64,000 nt of DNA from the NCBI GenBank assembly GCA_034439575.1, contig JAWXAQ010000005.1:1-64000 (forward strand), in the 5' to 3' direction. The position numbers and the translations under genes were made by a program. The notes beneath the pieces are model-generated. The model was not told the DNA's origin, searched no databases, and was given only the letters and a program-made list of their open reading frames with translations. Origin of the DNA: Leptospira sp. (GTDB lineage Bacteria; Spirochaetota; Leptospiria; Leptospirales; Leptospiraceae). Below are positions 51,749 to 62,930 of the stretch, piece by piece. The stretch's first letter is position 1, and each line of letters begins with the position of its first letter.

Positions 51749-52773
51749 TATTTGAATTTCTTGGCTATTTCAATATGTCTTATTCTTAATTGTGCTTTTG
51801 TAACGCCTTTGATTTCAGGCAATCTAACATGAAAAAATGGATCTCCACCGATTGTTTCCATCTCAATGGACTGGCCAACTATAGATTTTCCAGCCATCTT
51901 GAGTTCACTGATCACACCATAACTCATTTTATCTTTTGGCAATAAATCTTCAGCCCAAACAAATTCATGGGTATAAACATTTTTTCCTTTTGCATCAAAA
52001 AATTTTAAATGTTGTAAAGCAAGTCGGATGCGAGCTTGTTCTGTCGGGTCAATGCGAACTTCCGTTACATCAACTGCCTTTGGCAAGGTCAAATCGTAAT
52101 CTACCCATTCCCCTTTTTTATCAATTTGGATTTTGGAAGCAGATGCATTTTGATCCAAAGGTCCAGGTTCAACTTTGGACATAAAATATACTTTTACTTC
52201 TGTACTTAATAAATCAGGGTATTTTATCTTTCTATAAAGTATGGTGGATGAAATAGAAATGATTAGAAATAATACAAAACCACCTTGCAATCGCAGATAC
52301 AATTTTTGATTTGATAATGGAGTCTGTAACTCCGTCCTTTTCATTTTATTGAAAAAAGATTCAATAGATGCGAGTAAGGAATTTAACTTAGATTCTAAAT
52401 CTTCCAAATGGTTTAAGTCAGTACTAACTTCCGATTGTGCCAATGCTAAAACTTCGGGAAATTTTTCGTAGATTTTAATAAGAGTTTCATTGCCCAAAGT
52501 TTGAATGTCAGAAGACCAATCTTTTCCTAGGTTAGTTGATGGTTTGTTGCAATAAGCTAAACCAAGATTGACTAAATCCAAAGCTAACAGGCGAGAGATG
52601 ATGGTAGACTCTTCGATTTTTCCGTTCGCATTTAGTAATTCTACAGATTCCAAACGAGAAAATGCTTTTTCAAAAAGAGAAGATATTTGTGTTTTTTTCT
52701 CTTCTTTTCCAGCTTCTTCAGCGCTAAGTGTGGGTTTTTTAAAATTCAGTTTAAATAAATCAGAAATTGCCAT
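51748..52773 (-). CDS. Hypothetical membrane protein with C-terminal beta-rich domain
   Basis: Single TM; beta-strand pattern with VRIDP. Confidence 0.55.
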   Translation of the reverse strand: MAISDLFKLNFKKPTLSAEEAGKEEKKTQISSLFEKAFSRLESVELLNANGKIEESTIISRLLALDLVNLGLAYCNKPSTNLGKDWSSDIQTLGNETLIKIYEKFPEVLALAQSEVSTDLNHLEDLESKLNSLLASIESFFNKMKRTELQTPLSNQKLYLRLQGGFVLFLIISISSTILYRKIKYPDLLSTEVKVYFMSKVEPGPLDQNASASKIQIDKKGEWVDYDLTLPKAVDVTEVRIDPTEQARIRLALQHLKFFDAKGKNVYTHEFVWAEDLLPKDKMSYGVISELKMAGKSIVGQSIEMETIGGDPFFHVRLPEIKGVTKAQLRIRHIEIAKKFK

Positions 52774-52830
52774 AATTGTTCCAGTCTTTGCAGACTCTTA
52801 GAGAAACTACAGACAGTAAAGTAATTTTCT

Positions 52831-54360
52831 CTAACCTACTTGGATCTTAACGCCATCATCTGTTGTGCCCATCTTTGGAACACCCGAATGCCCAGTGGCC
52901 GCAATCAATATGGTAAATATGCCAACCCGACCAACATACATTACAAATGCATAAATTAATTTTTCAAAGTCTCCCAATTGGGAAGTTAAGTTTAGTGAAT
53001 AACCTACTGTCGAAAAGGAAGATACGAGTTCAAAAAAAATCACATGTAGAGCATGTTGATTTCCATCCATGATTCCAAGCAAAATAAAAGTTCCAGCTAA
53101 CGCGAGTGTGGCTAAAAAATACACACGTATGGCAATGGCTACAGAATTTTTCGAAATCACATCGCCAAATAACATAACTGGTTTTGAAGGTTGAATTACG
53201 TTTTTTAAATAGGCAAGTAGTAAGGCAAAAGTTGTAATTTTGATACCACCAGCTGTTCCTTGAGGACCACCACCGATAAACATCAGTACGGTGATAATTA
53301 TGATAGAGGCGTCTGACAAATTTCCAAAATCCATAGTGGCAAATCCAGCAGTCCTTGCACAAACGGAGACAAACAATGCATTGGCAAATTTTTCCCAAAA
53401 AGTCAAGGGATATAATGAATGTGGGTTTCCGCGTTCCAAAAAGTATACGCCTAAAGTACCAGCACTGACTAAAATAAGTGAGCCATATACTAAAAGTTTA
53501 GATTGAATGCGAGTGGATTCACCTTTCAAATGGCTATTGTAATTTTCAATTCTACCTTCAAGGTAAACAGATAAAACCGTGGGAACGAGTAATAATTTCG
53601 GAATCTCGCCTGTTTTGAGTGTTTTTTTCATCATCAGAGTTTCTGTAACAATTTCAATGCGATCAACGACTTGAAAGATAATGGTTAATAAAACTTTTTC
53701 GAGTAAAATGATGACTGGAAATCCAATCCCACCAAGAATCACAAGCCCACTAACAATGTAGAGACAAAGTGGTTCATGCCGAAAGACACTCAAGTCATCT
53801 AATATAGAAAATCCAGCATTGTTAAAAGCAGAGACTGCCGTAAACATAGAAAAAAACCATCTCGAATTGGAACCTTCTGCTCCATCTGGCATATGAATGT
53901 ATAGCCCAATGGCACCTAATAGTTCTAATACGATCGAAATATTGACAATGGATATAAGGATGCGATTGACTTCCCCTGTTTGCATAGAGCGAGAACTTGC
54001 CTCGTCTTTGTCGATCGCGGCAACGACAAAAGCATTGAACTTAGTATTTCTAGAAATCCCTTTTACGATTAGGAACCCTATGATTACCGTAAAACTGATA
54101 ATCCCGAGACCACCAACTTGGATGAGTAACATGATGATCCAATGTGTGGAATGATTCAATGCACTGAGAGCTACTGGCGAAAGACCAGTCACACAAATGG
54201 CGGAAGCCGATAGGTAAAAGGAATCGATATAGGAAATTTCGCCCGATTCATTGGCATAAATACAGACGGATCCGATAAAGATTGCCGTTAAAAAACCAAG
54301 GCAAACTACTCGGGCAAAGGACATGGTGCGAAAAAATCGCCTAAGACGTGATAAAGTCAT
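52831..54360 (-). CDS. ktrB: Trk/Ktr potassium uptake membrane subunit
   Basis: Four filter glycines CVTGL, NNAGF, RTAGF, STVGY; TAGGIK; MYVGRVG; start 54360 or 54366. Confidence 0.88.
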   Translation of the reverse strand: MTLSRLRRFFRTMSFARVVCLGFLTAIFIGSVCIYANESGEISYIDSFYLSASAICVTGLSPVALSALNHSTHWIIMLLIQVGGLGIISFTVIIGFLIVKGISRNTKFNAFVVAAIDKDEASSRSMQTGEVNRILISIVNISIVLELLGAIGLYIHMPDGAEGSNSRWFFSMFTAVSAFNNAGFSILDDLSVFRHEPLCLYIVSGLVILGGIGFPVIILLEKVLLTIIFQVVDRIEIVTETLMMKKTLKTGEIPKLLLVPTVLSVYLEGRIENYNSHLKGESTRIQSKLLVYGSLILVSAGTLGVYFLERGNPHSLYPLTFWEKFANALFVSVCARTAGFATMDFGNLSDASIIIITVLMFIGGGPQGTAGGIKITTFALLLAYLKNVIQPSKPVMLFGDVISKNSVAIAIRVYFLATLALAGTFILLGIMDGNQHALHVIFFELVSSFSTVGYSLNLTSQLGDFEKLIYAFVMYVGRVGIFTILIAATGHSGVPKMGTTDDGVKIQVG

Positions 54361-54490
54361 ATCCAATGGTTCTCTTAATAAATCCTAGGATTTAGCCTGC
54401 CATAAAAAGCCCAAGTACTTTACAAAACAGCTCAATTTGGGAATTTGGTAGAATCACAACGAATATTTATATAATATTTTCGGGGAAACT

Positions 54491-56608
54491 ATGACCTCAA
54501 CCACCGCCACAAAACGCGATCCAAAACTAGAGAAAATCCGTAATATCGGAATTTCAGCCCATATTGACTCGGGTAAAACTACCCTTACAGAACGTATTTT
54601 ATTCTATACGAACAAAATCCATGCCATCCACGAAGTTCGTGGTAAAGACGGTGTGGGTGCGACGATGGATAGTATGGATCTGGAAAGAGAAAGGGGTATC
54701 ACGATCCAGTCTGCAGCTACGTATTGCACTTGGAAAGATATCTCCATCAACATCATTGATACCCCAGGCCACGTAGATTTTACGATCGAAGTAGAAAGAT
54801 CTCTCAGAGTTCTGGATTCTGCGATTATGGTTCTTTGTGGTGTGGCAGGTGTGCAATCCCAGTCGATCACAGTTGACCGTCAGATGAAACGATACGGTGT
54901 GCCTCGCGTTGCCTTTATCAACAAACTCGATAGAACTGGTGCCAACCCATGGCGAGTGATTGAACAACTCAGAGAGAAACTTTTTCTAAATGCTCACGCA
55001 GTACAGCTTCCCATTGGTCTAGAAAACGATCTACTTGGGATCGTAGACTTAGTAGAAATGAAGGCGTATTATTTTGAAGGTCCGAATGGACAAGACATCA
55101 AAATTACTGACATCCCTGCTGAAATGTTAGAACTCGCGAATGAAAAACGAGAAGCACTTCTTGATGCCGTTTCCTTATTTAGTGATGAACTCACGGAAGA
55201 AATGTTAGAAGGAACAGTTACGGAAGCACGCGTTAAAGAAGCGATCAGACGTGGTGTGATAGCACTTAAATTTGTTCCCGTATTTATGGGTTCCGCTTTT
55301 AAAAACAAAGGCGTACAAAAATTGTTAGACGGTGTTTCTGATTACCTAGCTTGTCCTTACGATATCGTAAACAAGGGTAAGGAACTCGGAAACGAAGAAA
55401 ACGAAGTGATAATGGATTCAGATCCAGAAAAACCACTCGTTTGTCTAGCTTTCAAATTGGAAGATGGAAGGTATGGTCAGTTAACTTATGTTCGAGTTTA
55501 CCAAGGTAGACTTGAAAAAGGTATGACGATCTATAATTCATCAAATAACAAACGTCATAATATTGGTCGTCTTGTGCGCATGCACTCAAACGATATGGAA
55601 GACATCACCAAAGCAGAAGCAGGCGATATCGTAGCTCTATTTGGAATTGATTGTGCTTCTGGAGATACTTTCACAGACGGTAAAGCGAAAGTGACTATGG
55701 AATCAATGTTTGTTCCTACTCCAGTAATTTCACTTACAATCGAATGTAAAGAATCAAAACAACTTCCAAACTTAGCCAAAGCTCTTAACCGTTTCACAAA
55801 AGAAGATCCTACCTTCCAAACAGAAATGGACAAAGAATCAGGCCAAACCATCATCAAAGGTATGGGTGAACTTCACTTGGAAGTTTATATCGAACGTATG
55901 AAACGTGAGTATGGTGTGGATCTGGTAACTGGTGCTCCTCAGGTGGCGTATCGTGAAACCATCACTAAAGAAGCAGAGTTTGATTACACTCATAAAAAAC
56001 AAACGGGTGGACAGGGACAATTCTCGCGCGTTGCAGGATTTATGGAACCGATTCCTTCTGAAGAAGGAAAGGATTACGAATTCGTTGATAAAGTCGTCGG
56101 TGGATCTATCCCTCGCGAATACATCGGATCTTGTGATAAAGGATTTCGTTCTTGTTTGGAAAGAGGATCACTGATTGGCTTCCCAATTATCGGAGTTCGT
56201 TGCGTCATCAATGACGGAGCTTATCATGATGTGGATTCATCTGATATGGCCTTCCAAATTGGTGCTCGTTATGCCTTCCGACAAGGATTTCAAAAAGCGG
56301 CTCCCCTCATTCTTGAACCTATCATGAAAGTGGATGTAGAAGGACCGACTGAATTCCAAGGGGCGATCCTTGCTTCTATCAACCAAAGACGAGGTATGAT
56401 CTTAAACACAACAGAAGAGAATGGCTATGCAAAAATTGAAGCAGAAGTCCCTCTTGCTGATATGTTCGGGTATTCTACAGTTCTTAGATCTTCTACACAA
56501 GGTAAGGCGGAATTTGCTATGGAATTTTCTAAGTATTCCCCAGTTCCAAGAAACGTAGCAGAAGAATTGATGAAAAAATACAAAGTCAATAGCAGAGACG
56601 AAGAATAG
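54491..56608 (+). CDS. fusA: Elongation factor G
   Basis: [42 protein letters not shown]. Confidence 0.97.
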   Translation: MTSTTATKRDPKLEKIRNIGISAHIDSGKTTLTERILFYTNKIHAIHEVRGKDGVGATMDSMDLERERGITIQSAATYCTWKDISINIIDTPGHVDFTIEVERSLRVLDSAIMVLCGVAGVQSQSITVDRQMKRYGVPRVAFINKLDRTGANPWRVIEQLREKLFLNAHAVQLPIGLENDLLGIVDLVEMKAYYFEGPNGQDIKITDIPAEMLELANEKREALLDAVSLFSDELTEEMLEGTVTEARVKEAIRRGVIALKFVPVFMGSAFKNKGVQKLLDGVSDYLACPYDIVNKGKELGNEENEVIMDSDPEKPLVCLAFKLEDGRYGQLTYVRVYQGRLEKGMTIYNSSNNKRHNIGRLVRMHSNDMEDITKAEAGDIVALFGIDCASGDTFTDGKAKVTMESMFVPTPVISLTIECKESKQLPNLAKALNRFTKEDPTFQTEMDKESGQTIIKGMGELHLEVYIERMKREYGVDLVTGAPQVAYRETITKEAEFDYTHKKQTGGQGQFSRVAGFMEPIPSEEGKDYEFVDKVVGGSIPREYIGSCDKGFRSCLERGSLIGFPIIGVRCVINDGAYHDVDSSDMAFQIGARYAFRQGFQKAAPLILEPIMKVDVEGPTEFQGAILASINQRRGMILNTTEENGYAKIEAEVPLADMFGYSTVLRSSTQGKAEFAMEFSKYSPVPRNVAEELMKKYKVNSRDEE

Positions 56609-56635
56609 TCTTCTTCAGCGTGATATGATTTTTGG

Positions 56636-56660
56636 AAAGGCGGGTTCTCCCGCCTTTTTT
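56636..56660 (+). terminator. Intrinsic terminator after fusA
   Basis: AAAGGCGGG-TTCT-CCCGCCTTT followed by a T-run. Confidence 0.88.
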
Positions 56661-56766
56661 ATTGCCTTAACGATTTTACAAACAGAAAGGATGGATTACT
56701 TTCCGAAAAATCATAGGTCTTGGTCGAATGTATGTCGATATTATAAGGGCGATTGGCGTATTATCT

Positions 56767-57438
56767 ATGAATCCTTTTCAGATTATTTTTTATGTAATTT
56801 TTACGATTTTCATTTTTCCTTTAAGTCCGATGTTCGCAAAACAAATTGGAAAAGAAAAAACAGAAAGTAATAAAAATAGCAAAACCTATCGCGTGCAAGC
56901 AGGTGATAGTTGGTGGGGAATTGCCAAAAAATTCCACCTGAGTGTTTCTGAATTAACATCCCTTAATGGTCGGACTGAAAAAGAAGCCCTCTTCCAAAAT
57001 GAATTGCTTAGAATTTCAGGACAAAGTGTATCCAAAGAAGAATTCAAAAATTTTAAACCAAAAGAAAGACCAAATTACCCTCTCCCCTTAAAAGAAAAAA
57101 TTGAACATGCCTATTCTGAAATCACACACCAACCCAGGAAGGGAATTGAATTTGCCAAAGTGAATTCAGCTTGGGTACGAGCCACTCTCCCTGGAAAAGT
57201 GATAGGTATCGATTATATGGATGGATATGAAAACTACGTCATTTTGGAACATGAAAATGGATGGTTTTCTGTTTACGGGAATCTAGAAAGAGTCCAAGTA
57301 GTGGAAGGACAAACGCTTTCCGCAAAAGAAAGAATCGGTACTCTCACAAAAAATCGTGGCCTCTATTTTCAAGTGAACCAAAATAAAAATGTCGTGAACC
57401 CTTCCTTATTTCTCCAAGACGGATTTAATCTAGAATGA
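56767..57438 (+). CDS. LysM + degenerate M23 domain protein
   Basis: Signal peptide; YRVQAGDSWWGIA LysM; M23-like VILEH..YGNL..V.EGQ. Confidence 0.82.
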   Translation: MNPFQIIFYVIFTIFIFPLSPMFAKQIGKEKTESNKNSKTYRVQAGDSWWGIAKKFHLSVSELTSLNGRTEKEALFQNELLRISGQSVSKEEFKNFKPKERPNYPLPLKEKIEHAYSEITHQPRKGIEFAKVNSAWVRATLPGKVIGIDYMDGYENYVILEHENGWFSVYGNLERVQVVEGQTLSAKERIGTLTKNRGLYFQVNQNKNVVNPSLFLQDGFNLE

Positions 57439-58676
57439 CTAGTTTACGAATCATTAATGCACTGATTTCAGAAAATGGAATCCTTCAAAATGTCAATTTA
57501 GATATCAATGATACATTGATAGAATCTATTTCGCCTAACACCGCAAACAAAAATCTAGATTTAAATGAAAAAATTCCGCAAATTGATTTAGAAGGAAAAA
57601 TCCTCTATCCAGGTTTTATCAATTCACATGATCATTTACTCGCAAGTTTTTTACCCAAAGTTGGGGGCACAAACAAACTTGTTTCTTGGCTAGCGTATGA
57701 CAATTTATATAAATCATCTGCTGTTTTTGCTGAAAGACAACAGATCGACATAGAGTTATTATACTATTTAGGTGCGTATAAAAATTTATTTGCAGGTGTC
57801 TCAAGTGTTCACGATCATATCCCACATCATATCCAATCGCCTTTCCTTTCTTCTCTGCCTATAAAATTGCTGAGTGAGTATTATCTCTCCCACTCCATTG
57901 GAAATTATAGTTTAGGATGGGGTGAGGGTGCGGCTCTTGAATACAAACTCGCAGAACAAAATAACAAACCTTATGTGACTCATCTAGGTGAAGGTATAGA
58001 CGAAGATTCTATAAGTTCACTAAGGAAATTGGAAAAAGCGGAAGCTCTTGGTCCCAATTGTGTACTGGTTCATTGTTTACCATTTGGACCGAGAGAAGTT
58101 GAAATAATTGCAAAGGCAGAAGCCTCTGTCGTATGGTGCCCTACTTCTAATTTACATATTTATGGAAAGACCACGAATATAAAATTATTTATGGATGCGG
58201 GGATTAATATTTGCTTAGGAACTGATTTTTCTCCTTCAGGTTCTACCAATTTACTAGAAGAATTGAAGTTTGCTAAATCAATTTTTCATGAATTGTATGA
58301 TGAAGACATTGATGATCGTATTCTTTTGGATTGGATTACGAAAAATCCATCGAAAGCATTCAAATCACCTAATATAGGTTCTATCGCTACAAATTCATCA
58401 GCCGACTTTGTGATTTTCGAAAGTCACCCTAAAGGATCAGAAATTTCAATATCTAATCAAAGTTCGAAACAAATTGATTTGATGATCGTAGACGGAAGTC
58501 CGAGACTGGCATCTTCGAAGTATAAGAAACTTTTTTCTGACCTATCCATTGAATATGAAGTCATACAAATTGATGGTGTAGAAAAAATAATCGCAGGATC
58601 TCCCTTGTCATTATTAAACCAAGTTTCTGCCAGTATAGGGTATAAAAAGGAATTGGCTTTTTTACCTATTTTTTAA
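57435..58676 (+). CDS. Amidohydrolase-superfamily protein (deaminase-like)
   Basis: PGFINSHDH, THLGEG, LVHC, WCPTSN, LGTD. Confidence 0.87.
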   Translation: MTSLRIINALISENGILQNVNLDINDTLIESISPNTANKNLDLNEKIPQIDLEGKILYPGFINSHDHLLASFLPKVGGTNKLVSWLAYDNLYKSSAVFAERQQIDIELLYYLGAYKNLFAGVSSVHDHIPHHIQSPFLSSLPIKLLSEYYLSHSIGNYSLGWGEGAALEYKLAEQNNKPYVTHLGEGIDEDSISSLRKLEKAEALGPNCVLVHCLPFGPREVEIIAKAEASVVWCPTSNLHIYGKTTNIKLFMDAGINICLGTDFSPSGSTNLLEELKFAKSIFHELYDEDIDDRILLDWITKNPSKAFKSPNIGSIATNSSADFVIFESHPKGSEISISNQSSKQIDLMIVDGSPRLASSKYKKLFSDLSIEYEVIQIDGVEKIIAGSPLSLLNQVSASIGYKKELAFLPIF

Positions 58677-58701
58677 AAATGAAACGCTAAAGAGGAATAC
58701 C

Positions 58702-59757
58702 TTGTCTGGCCCTATCGTTCGAAATTACAAAGGCGGTTCGATTGTCTACTTTGAGAAAGACAAGGCGGAAGATATTTTTGTCCTTCAAAAAGGCAGAGTA
58801 GTTCTTACATTCACAAACATCAATGGCGTAGAGTTAAAAGAAGATGTCAAACTCGGTGAGTTCTTTGGCGTCAAAAGTGCCATAGGAAGATACCCCAGAG
58901 AAGAAACAGCCCAAGTGATTGGAGCTGCGACCGTTCTCGTTTTTAAGGTACCTGAATTTGAAAAATTCGTCGGGGATAAAACTCACCTCATTATCAAAAT
59001 GCTCAAGGTCTTCTCTAGCCAATTGCGACAAGTTCATAGACAAGTCAGAGAAATTTTAGGCCAAGGGGAAGCGAAAAACCCTGCCTTTGAATTAATGAAT
59101 GTTGCGGAAGTTTTTTATAAAAATGGAAATTACGAACACGCTGCCTATGCATTCAATCAGTATCTTAACCATTATCCTGACGGTATGTATTTGGATAGGG
59201 CAAAACAATTACAAGACCTTGCCACCAAACGCACACCATTCCCTCTCACTATACCTGAGTTAGTCTACAAGCCTGAGCCTGGTGCGAATTCTGGCAAACT
59301 CCAAGAGATGTTAAAAACTGTACCATCCTCAAAAGATAGACCGACTTCAACAGTTGATCCAAACTCCATACAGTCGTTATTTGATCGTGCTTCGACTTTG
59401 TTCAATGCATTAAAATATGAAGAAGCGGCTGAGATTTATAAAACTCTTTCTAGCAGAACAGATTCTGTGACGCAAGAAGAAGAACAAATGGTTGAAAATT
59501 CATTATTTATGTTAGGGAAAGTTCTATACAAATCAAAAGATCACCCTGGAGCCATTGGTTTATTTTCAAATTTTATCAAAAAATATCCTAAAGGCCAATT
59601 ATTGAAGGAAAATCTTTACCACCTAGCACTCGCTACTGAGGCGAATGGGGAAAAAGACAAAGCCATACAGTTTTTCCAAAAAGTAGTGAGCATTCCCCCA
59701 CTCGATGATAGCATTTCCGAAGATGCGAAGAAAAAACTCAAAGGAGGCAAATCATGA
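58702..59757 (+). CDS. Cyclic-nucleotide-binding + TPR protein
   Basis: GEFFG..PREETA cNMP fold; TPR repeats ([16 protein letters not shown]). Confidence 0.82.
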   Translation: MSGPIVRNYKGGSIVYFEKDKAEDIFVLQKGRVVLTFTNINGVELKEDVKLGEFFGVKSAIGRYPREETAQVIGAATVLVFKVPEFEKFVGDKTHLIIKMLKVFSSQLRQVHRQVREILGQGEAKNPAFELMNVAEVFYKNGNYEHAAYAFNQYLNHYPDGMYLDRAKQLQDLATKRTPFPLTIPELVYKPEPGANSGKLQEMLKTVPSSKDRPTSTVDPNSIQSLFDRASTLFNALKYEEAAEIYKTLSSRTDSVTQEEEQMVENSLFMLGKVLYKSKDHPGAIGLFSNFIKKYPKGQLLKENLYHLALATEANGEKDKAIQFFQKVVSIPPLDDSISEDAKKKLKGGKS

Positions 59758-60398
59758 ATGACCAAATGTTAGAAGCAATGTTTGGAAAGTTTGGGAAAGT
59801 TTATGAACCAAATGATGTGCTCTTTTGTGAATATGAACCTGGTAATGATTTCTATTTGATCAAAGAAGGTAAGGTTAAAATCACAAAGACGATAGGAAAC
59901 TCGATCAAAACCTTAGACATATTAGAATCAGGTGATATTCTAGGAGAAATGGCAATTTTAGAGGAACAACCTCGCTCTGCTACCGCCATTGCCGTAACAG
60001 AAGTTAAAGCACTCAATTTCAACCGTGCCAACTTTGAAATGCTTATGACAAAAAATCCAGCCTTGGCTATGAAACTTTTGCACATATTTTCATCGAGAAT
60101 CTATGATCAAAAACGTAGATTGATGATACTACTTATGGATGATATGATTGGAAAAGTCTGTGATGTGTTTGTTATGTTATACGAAAAACAATACACAAAC
60201 GACACATATAATGAAATTATACTCAATGCATCTGTTGATGATATTGCCAATTGGTGCGGACAGCCAGTCGGTGAAGTACAGAAAGTGATCATGCAATTTG
60301 TGAAAACTGGCAAATTAGATTTATATCCAGATAAAATAGTTATTCACAATATCAACGATTTCCAAAGGATTGTGAATCAGAAACGTAAACCTACGTAA
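59754..60398 (+). CDS. Crp/Fnr-family regulator
   Basis: [16 protein letters not shown] cNMP pocket; C-terminal HTH-like region. Confidence 0.85.
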   Translation: MNDQMLEAMFGKFGKVYEPNDVLFCEYEPGNDFYLIKEGKVKITKTIGNSIKTLDILESGDILGEMAILEEQPRSATAIAVTEVKALNFNRANFEMLMTKNPALAMKLLHIFSSRIYDQKRRLMILLMDDMIGKVCDVFVMLYEKQYTNDTYNEIILNASVDDIANWCGQPVGEVQKVIMQFVKTGKLDLYPDKIVIHNINDFQRIVNQKRKPT

Positions 60399-60404
60399 AT
60401 CTTC

Positions 60405-60477
60405 GCTCCCGTAGCTCAGGTGGATAGAGCACTAGTTTCCTAAACTGGGGACACAGGTTCGAATCCTGTCGGGGGCA
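60405..60477 (+). tRNA. tRNA-Arg(CCT)
   Basis: Acceptor GCTCCCG/CGGGGGC, D-arm GCTC/GAGC, anticodon loop TT-CCT-AA, T-loop TTCGAAT; CCA not encoded. Confidence 0.95.
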
Positions 60478-60478
60478 A

Positions 60479-61396
60479 ATGCTCATGACAGAACCAACAA
60501 ACATCTTACACTTCTTAAAAAAATCCACAGAATTTCTCAGTAAGAAAGGCATACCTTCGGCACGCATTGATGCGGAGTGGATACTTTCTGATTTGTTATC
60601 ACTTCCCCGAATCAAACTATACTCTCAGTTCGAAATGCCTCTTAGCGAAACAGAGATAAAAATTTATCGAGAGCGGATCATGGAAAGGGGCAAAAAGAAA
60701 CCAGTTGCCTATATCATTGGCAAAAAAGGATTTTACCATTATGAATTTTTCGTCAACGAACATGTATTAATACCAAGACCCGAAACTGAAGAGTTAGTTG
60801 ATTTCATTTACAAAAATAGAACTACAATTCTAAAAGATTTCATAATTGAAAAAAATTCTGAACCACAAACCCAAAGCACCAAACCAATTTTAGTTTGGGA
60901 TCTTTGTTCGGGTAGTGGTTGTATCGGAATCAGTATCGCTAAACTTCTTCCAAATTCAATCATTACTCTAACTGATATTTCCGAAGAAGCACAAACTATT
61001 TCAAAACAGAATGCTACGAGCTTAGAAGTCATAGAACGATGTCATTTTTTTACTTCAGATTTAGATAAATCATTACCCACTGAACATAAGTTTGATTTGA
61101 TTCTATGCAATCCACCCTACATACCTATGCATGAAAAAACGGAAATTATGAGTGATGTATTGGATTTTGAACCTCACTTAGCTCTTTTCGTAGAAGATTT
61201 TGTAGCTTTCCATAAGGAATTATTAAAAATAATTTGGCAAAGATTAAATCCGTCAGGCTTTATCATGATGGAAACCCATCCGGAATATATTCACGAATTA
61301 GAAAAAATAGGAAACGAACTTGGATTTCATAATATTTCTAAAATTAAGGATAGTTCCAATAAAGAAAGATTTTTGATAGGAACAAAACCAAATTAA
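60479..61396 (+). CDS. prmC: Release factor glutamine N5-methyltransferase
   Basis: PVAYIIG, VLIPRPETEEL, DLCSGSG, NPPY; start 60479 or 60485. Confidence 0.93.
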   Translation: MLMTEPTNILHFLKKSTEFLSKKGIPSARIDAEWILSDLLSLPRIKLYSQFEMPLSETEIKIYRERIMERGKKKPVAYIIGKKGFYHYEFFVNEHVLIPRPETEELVDFIYKNRTTILKDFIIEKNSEPQTQSTKPILVWDLCSGSGCIGISIAKLLPNSIITLTDISEEAQTISKQNATSLEVIERCHFFTSDLDKSLPTEHKFDLILCNPPYIPMHEKTEIMSDVLDFEPHLALFVEDFVAFHKELLKIIWQRLNPSGFIMMETHPEYIHELEKIGNELGFHNISKIKDSSNKERFLIGTKPN

Positions 61397-61842
61397 GAAC
61401 TGATATAATTTTCAATTGCCGTTCTAATTTTGAAACTCAAAAAATATAAAGTCTTTTCATCTTCGTTTGTTAGTTGCTTTTTAAAAATTTGATCCGCTTC
61501 AATGACAATAGGAACTCCTTTTTCCCAATTCTCCGTTCCTTTTTTCGTCATAAAAATACCATAAGATCTCTTATCTTCAGAAGAAATCTTTCTTTTTACC
61601 CAACCTTTTTCTTCCCAATTATCGACTAACCTTGATATGGTAGTTTTATCTCTGACCAATTGTTCGCTCAGAACTTTTTGAGTGATCCCTGCACTTAATA
61701 CGACGGGCATTAATTGCATCCAATCTTCAAATCGTAAGGTTGGTAATTTTTTTTCAAATTGTTGCGTTAAATATTTTCGCATCAAAAGCAAGGTTTCGCT
61801 TAAATGTATGCCCAAATAGGAGGAAAAAGGATTCACGAACAT
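61393..61842 (-). CDS. MarR-family transcriptional regulator
   Basis: DKTTISRLVD..E.KGWV.R...EDKRS winged helix. Confidence 0.88.
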   Translation of the reverse strand: MFVNPFSSYLGIHLSETLLLMRKYLTQQFEKKLPTLRFEDWMQLMPVVLSAGITQKVLSEQLVRDKTTISRLVDNWEEKGWVKRKISSEDKRSYGIFMTKKGTENWEKGVPIVIEADQIFKKQLTNEDEKTLYFLSFKIRTAIENYISS

Positions 61843-61880
61843 AAATTTTCATATAATAATTAAATTTTCAATAACTTTTT

Positions 61881-61921
61881 TAGTTGCATAATACATCCAT
61901 ATAGTTGTATAATGCAACTAT
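61881..61921. promoter_or_regulatory. Tandem MarR-type operators overlapping a sigma70 promoter
   Basis: ATAGTTGTATAATGCAACTAT near-perfect palindrome at 61901-61921; weaker copy at 61881; TTGCAT-N18-TATAAT. Confidence 0.7.
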
Positions 61922-62788
61922 ATGGAATGGACTTATAACACTATTGAACATGAAGGATTTGAATTTCAAATTGCCAAAAATAATAAACAAGGCCCAGATA
62001 TTCTAATTATTGGAAGCGCTATCTACTACCCGAGGGTGATCTCAAAAGAATTGGCCGAAAATTTTTCGATCCATTGCATCGATCATAGAGGTTTTGCCAA
62101 AAGAATCACCGATTCTAAGGAGAATGTCCAAGAATATAACTTAACAAAAATTATAGAGGACATTGAAATAATTAGAAAGTTAATTGGACTTCAAAATTTT
62201 ATTTTATTGGGTCACTCAGGTCATGGTTATATGGCTTTGGCCTATGCAGCTATATATCCTATTTACATATCACATTTGATTCTCGTATCGACAGGTCCAA
62301 GTCATGGAATTCATTTATCTGAAAATCAAAGATATTTTGAAACTTTTGCCTCCAAGGAAAGAAAAGAGAAACATAAATCTCTCCAAGAATTGTTTAAACG
62401 TAATATTGAGGAAAATCCAATTGATTTTTTTAGGCATTATTGTGTAAGCCAAGATGCATTAGGATTTTATGATTTACGAATGGATTCAAATGATTTTTGG
62501 GATGGAATCGTCACTAACAAATTAGCATTTGATCATTTGTTTGGGGAAACTTTTGCAGAGATAAAAGTTGAAGATTACTTAAAACAAATCAATATTCAGA
62601 TAACGATCGTTATGGGTAAATTTGATTTTCAGGTAGCGCCTTATTATACTTGGGATCCAATATTGAATAATTTTCCAAATGTAAAATTTAAAGTTTTTCA
62701 GAAAAGTGCTCATTTGCCTTTTTACGAAGAACCTAGTGAATTTAAAAACCAAATAATAAATCCTATAATTAAAAAGGTAATCCTTTAA
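61922..62788 (+). CDS. Alpha/beta hydrolase
   Basis: DHRG, nucleophile elbow GHSGHG, GKFD, SAHLPFYEEP. Confidence 0.87.
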   Translation: MEWTYNTIEHEGFEFQIAKNNKQGPDILIIGSAIYYPRVISKELAENFSIHCIDHRGFAKRITDSKENVQEYNLTKIIEDIEIIRKLIGLQNFILLGHSGHGYMALAYAAIYPIYISHLILVSTGPSHGIHLSENQRYFETFASKERKEKHKSLQELFKRNIEENPIDFFRHYCVSQDALGFYDLRMDSNDFWDGIVTNKLAFDHLFGETFAEIKVEDYLKQINIQITIVMGKFDFQVAPYYTWDPILNNFPNVKFKVFQKSAHLPFYEEPSEFKNQIINPIIKKVIL

Positions 62789-62889
62789 AAGGTAAAAGTT
62801 CTAAAACAAAAATACGAACTTTTTGGGAAAGAATTTTTAATGTGGTGGATTTAGACGGAATATTATGTTAAGAGGGGGATGATGAATTG

Positions 62890-62930
62890 CCCACGAGCCA
62901 CACCCCTCCACCCTGACTCGGGTGGGGGAC
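62890..62930. repeat. GC-rich REP-like hairpin element between convergent genes
   Basis: CCCACGAGCC..CCTCCACCC-TGACTC-GGGTGGGGG, sharply GC-rich against background. Confidence 0.45.

Noticed and set aside
54491-56608. fusA outside the rpsL-rpsG operon with higher GC as a sign of transfer
   Set aside because: Stand-alone EF-G genes are usual in spirochaetes and the composition fits high-expression codon bias
60391-60615. 74-aa minus-strand ORF
   Set aside because: Antisense to tRNA-Arg and prmC
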